From the NCBI GenBank assembly GCA_029856105.1, contig JAHQWH010000016.1, positions 1 through 61,892 on the forward strand: a DNA stretch of 61,892 nucleotides, written 5' to 3'. Source of the DNA: Promethearchaeia archaeon. Its GTDB lineage: Archaea; Asgardarchaeota; Lokiarchaeia; Sigyniarchaeales; SOKP01. Each line of letters starts with the position of its first letter. The stretch's first letter is position 1. Below, one piece after another: positions 58,751-61,892 of this stretch. The translations under genes were made by a program, and so were the position numbers. The notes under the pieces are model-generated. The model was not told where the DNA came from, did no database searches, and was given only the letters and a program-made list of their open reading frames with translations.

Positions 58751-59386
58751 TTATTTTTTCCTTAACCCAATTAAATAAATTTCATTGCTCTTTTTGTTAC
58801 TTGATTTTGGTTTTAGGCTTTTTACAATCGTAAAGTTTTGCTTCATTTTTTTGTAAAAATCTTCATAATCTAGTCCTTGAAATACTTTAATTACGAAGTT
58901 TCCCTTAAATTTTAAAAATTTTGTAAGTTCAAGAATTTTAAAACAGAGTTTTACTTGCATGGCTTGATCACTAAATTTATTTCCTGATTTTTTGATACTG
59001 GCATCAGATAAGATAAGATCTAGTTTTTCTCCTTCGAAGTATTTTTCAACTTCAATTTGAAACTCAGGCGTAGTAAAATCCATTCGAACTGTGTTAATAT
59101 TTTCAATAGGCGTTATGCGTTTTATATCTATACCCATAATTTTATAATGATCTCGGTGATAATAATTATCGTTATATTTCGATAAATTTTCTTCAGCAAA
59201 TTTCTTCGCAACTTGAAGCCATGAACCTGGAGTGCTACCCAAATCCAATATATAAAAGGCTCTTTTAAAAATGGTGAATCTTCTTTGTATATCAAGTAAT
59301 TTAAATGCTGAGCGGGCCCTATATCCTTTACGTTTAGCTTGTTTATACGCTGCGTCTTTCTTATGTTCTTCTGCTGCCTTTGGCAT
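58751..59386 (-). CDS. rlmE: 23S rRNA 2'-O-methyltransferase RlmE/FtsJ
   Basis: YRARSAFKL, LDLGSTPGSWLQ, KVFQG, SNEIY. Confidence 0.93.
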   Translation of the reverse strand: MPKAAEEHKKDAAYKQAKRKGYRARSAFKLLDIQRRFTIFKRAFYILDLGSTPGSWLQVAKKFAEENLSKYNDNYYHRDHYKIMGIDIKRITPIENINTVRMDFTTPEFQIEVEKYFEGEKLDLILSDASIKKSGNKFSDQAMQVKLCFKILELTKFLKFKGNFVIKVFQGLDYEDFYKKMKQNFTIVKSLKPKSSNKKSNEIYLIGLRKK

Positions 59387-59401
59387 GGTCCATATTCCTT
59401 T

Positions 59402-60652
59402 TTAATTTGTTATATTTTTTAGTATATTTTTTAACGCATTAATTCCCATATCTGTTTTAATTGATATAAAATCAAAATGAGTTCTTGATGCCGAATAACC
59501 GCTTTTGCCAATTGCTTCAATTAATTTTTCGATTTTGGGAATTGATGGGAGCTTTAATTGTTGACATAATTTATGTATGTTATAGTAAGAAACGGGCATG
59601 CCTATTTCATCTAATGCGTATTTAATAATTTTTTCTATTCTGTTTTTACTCTTGAAATTGAATTTTTCATTTAAATGAATTATATCTTCAAGAAAATATC
59701 TTTTATGTAATTCCTTAATCCAAAGTGGGCCAGAATACGATAATTGTTCTTCCTTAAGGCATGATGGGCATTTTTGAGGAATCGTTAAAATATCGTTTAA
59801 AACGGACGAGCGATACCCGCAATTGTTGCAATGAATAATATATCCATAACTCTTTGATAAGTCCTTAAAAATCTTCGCTTTACTTTTGTACGTAAGGGCA
59901 AAAATTCTTATGAAATGATTTGAATAAAAAGTTAACAACGGAATTATACCTAAATTGTTAACATTAGCAATTCTTGAAATATAATATATTAGTATCCTTG
60001 CTCCAATTTCTTTACAATATTTCGTGTGCAGTGGTTTAGACATGTATTTTCTAATGCAAGCTTTTGGTTTTACACCAAATAATACTGCGGTATCCGTGGC
60101 CGTTATACATAACAATCCATTTTCTTTCTTAATCGATTTAAATGCAGAATCAATATATATGTTTGGAGTGCCAAAAGGATCAATTGAGATTACATCGGGG
60201 CTTTCAATCATTTTTTCTTCCATTAAGCAAGATCTTTGCGCGATTTCTATGCATAATAAATTGGCATCTTTTTGTGAAGAGATGATTTGAGTATTTTTTT
60301 CTAAATCGTTTAGCTTTAAATTTTTTTTAATAAGCTTTGTAGCTATCGGGTTAATATCGTTAATAAATATTTTTTTGAAATTATTGGAAGCTTTTAACAA
60401 TCTAATAGGCCCTATGCCCGAAGCGGCCATACAATCTACCATTACCAACGAATCTCGATTAATCAGTTTATTGTACGTTAGTATAGCTAAAATTGAAATA
60501 TCTCGGTTTATTTCCATTTTTTCATTATAAAAAACATCCATTGATTTGGAAGGTATACTATAGTTGTCATTCTTATATAAATAGAATTCTACAGACCCTT
60601 CTTGTTTTTTGACATATTTTTTATTATTTAGGTTGAGATTTCCAATCTTCAT
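59402..60652 (-). CDS. trm1: tRNA (guanine26-N2)-dimethyltransferase
   Basis: VFYN..M..NRDIS, IDPFGTP, TATDTA, GPLW. Confidence 0.93.
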   Translation of the reverse strand: MKIGNLNLNNKKYVKKQEGSVEFYLYKNDNYSIPSKSMDVFYNEKMEINRDISILAILTYNKLINRDSLVMVDCMAASGIGPIRLLKASNNFKKIFINDINPIATKLIKKNLKLNDLEKNTQIISSQKDANLLCIEIAQRSCLMEEKMIESPDVISIDPFGTPNIYIDSAFKSIKKENGLLCITATDTAVLFGVKPKACIRKYMSKPLHTKYCKEIGARILIYYISRIANVNNLGIIPLLTFYSNHFIRIFALTYKSKAKIFKDLSKSYGYIIHCNNCGYRSSVLNDILTIPQKCPSCLKEEQLSYSGPLWIKELHKRYFLEDIIHLNEKFNFKSKNRIEKIIKYALDEIGMPVSYYNIHKLCQQLKLPSIPKIEKLIEAIGKSGYSASRTHFDFISIKTDMGINALKNILKNITN

Positions 60653-60709
60653 ATTAAGTTAATCATTTTGTTCAAGTTAATTAATAATTTAGACAAAATT
60701 ATATCTCTT

Positions 60710-61708
60710 TTAGAGCGATAAAAAGAGGTTAACGGGTATAGCGCTCCCTAATAAACCACCAGATGTCTCATCATGTATCTTGTCCACATTAGCCTTAGTT
60801 AAGGGCTCAATATGTTCAATTTTTTTTACTTTGTTAGGGTCTTCAGTACTACCAATAATTAAAAATTCTCCGTTTAAAGTTTTGATGATAAAGGCTAACG
60901 GGAGCCACTCATAATAAATGCGAATTTTTGGTTTTGGTGAAGGAAAGTATGAATAAATTCCACCATAAGTTATTATAGCATGGAAATCACCAACAAAGCT
61001 TCCGCTGTAGCGATTTTTAAAATGATGATTAATTAATACTTGTTCATAAGCCCTACATTTATCTGACCATTCCGTAGAATCCCCTCCAAGACATCTGATG
61101 CCACCCTCTTCTTTGTTAGGCAATGTCTTTAATTCTTGAAAGACATAATGATAAAAAGTCATGCTGTATGGAGATGTGTCCAGAATGAATTCAGCAACTT
61201 GTCCATTAAGCGCTAATATTAAGTTTGTATAAATCCCATAAAGTACATAAAAACTACATACAATAAGTCCCGCTTCGTCATAAATCCCCACAATCGTCCC
61301 AACAGTTCTATTTACTATTACATTTGAAGAGCCATCAACAGGATCTATCGTTATACCAAACTTTCCATCGCTTAAAACGGGTTCTGCTTCTTCAGAAGCA
61401 ACAAAAAGAAAATCTGTATCGCTTTCTTGAAGCGCTTTTAATATAATGCTGTGCGTTAATATGTCTTCGTGAATTTGGGATTCACCGTAAATATTTATGG
61501 TCTTATCTTTTACCTTTTCAATGTTCATTCTCTGCTCAATTTCACGAGAAGTGATGCCCCTTTCTAATAACCCGCGAATAGGGATTGTTGCTTCAGCAAT
61601 TATTTCTATAATTTCTATTAAATCGCCTTTATTTGAAAAATAATGAGGGATGTTTTTATCCAACCATTTTGACAATTTCATTGTCAAAATTTCATTATAT
61701 CGACTCAT
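60710..61708 (-). CDS. fbp: class 1 fructose-1,6-bisphosphatase-like protein
   Basis: ASEE, DPVDGSSN, RYSGSFVGDFH, KIRIYYE..PLAFI. Confidence 0.8.
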   Translation of the reverse strand: MSRYNEILTMKLSKWLDKNIPHYFSNKGDLIEIIEIIAEATIPIRGLLERGITSREIEQRMNIEKVKDKTINIYGESQIHEDILTHSIILKALQESDTDFLFVASEEAEPVLSDGKFGITIDPVDGSSNVIVNRTVGTIVGIYDEAGLIVCSFYVLYGIYTNLILALNGQVAEFILDTSPYSMTFYHYVFQELKTLPNKEEGGIRCLGGDSTEWSDKCRAYEQVLINHHFKNRYSGSFVGDFHAIITYGGIYSYFPSPKPKIRIYYEWLPLAFIIKTLNGEFLIIGSTEDPNKVKKIEHIEPLTKANVDKIHDETSGGLLGSAIPVNLFLSL

Positions 61709-61892
61709 TTGGGGTCTTCTTTAAAACCTTGTTTATTTAATATAGTATAAAATACAAGAGAATTATTACTTTTTCTTTTCATTAACAAAAACTTAAGGTG
61801 GTTTATTTTATCCGTTCGTTCAATTTTGATAGAATTTTTTACCCAATATTCCATAACATTACCTCCGCGTTCCACTTCATAAGTTTGGCCCT
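61705..61892 (-). CDS. 3' end of a RadB/RecA-family-like gene truncated by the window edge
   Basis: ..ERGGNVMEYWVKNSIKIER..*; its TGA overlaps the fbp ATG. Confidence 0.5.
   Translation of the reverse strand, partial: GQTYEVERGGNVMEYWVKNSIKIERTDKINHLKFLLMKRKSNNSLVFYTILNKQGFKEDPK

Noticed and set aside
1-61892. CRISPR arrays, rRNA genes, transposases or integrases; the many short antisense ORFs in the track
   Set aside because: No repeat-spacer periodicity, rRNA-like sequence or mobile-element motifs seen; the short ORFs are shadows of well-supported genes.

Overview
AT-rich archaeal window, very likely from an Asgard (Lokiarchaeia-type) genome: it has archaeal ribosomal-protein operons, SepSecS/SelB/tRNA-Sec, and eukaryote-signature-like genes (Vps28, Yip1, roadblock, OSTC-like, RPC34-like). 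Layout: an accessory left end (about 1-9.5 kb); the uL11-uL1-uL10-P1/P2 operon with secY and DUF106; a minus-strand block with eL34-cmk-eL14-tRNA-Ser and housekeeping genes; the selenocysteine machinery; the uS19-to-uL15 ribosomal superoperon; and metabolic genes. The main finding is that the uL11 gene is interrupted by two tiny frame-breaking insertions (32 nt at 9747-9778 and 29 nt at 9829-9857). Both fold into bulge-helix-bulge (BHB) motifs. Cutting them by the archaeal tRNA-endonuclease rule restores a complete 165-aa uL11 with the conserved GG-x-A-x-x-GPP-x-GPA-x-GP-x-G-x-N motif, so these look like endonuclease-spliced mRNA introns in a core ribosomal gene. The three tRNA genes carry five more BHB introns, four at non-canonical positions. 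They include a two-intron tRNA-Sec(UCA) and a two-intron tRNA-Ile with the rare UAU anticodon. All folds and family assignments were made by eye; none were computed or searched.
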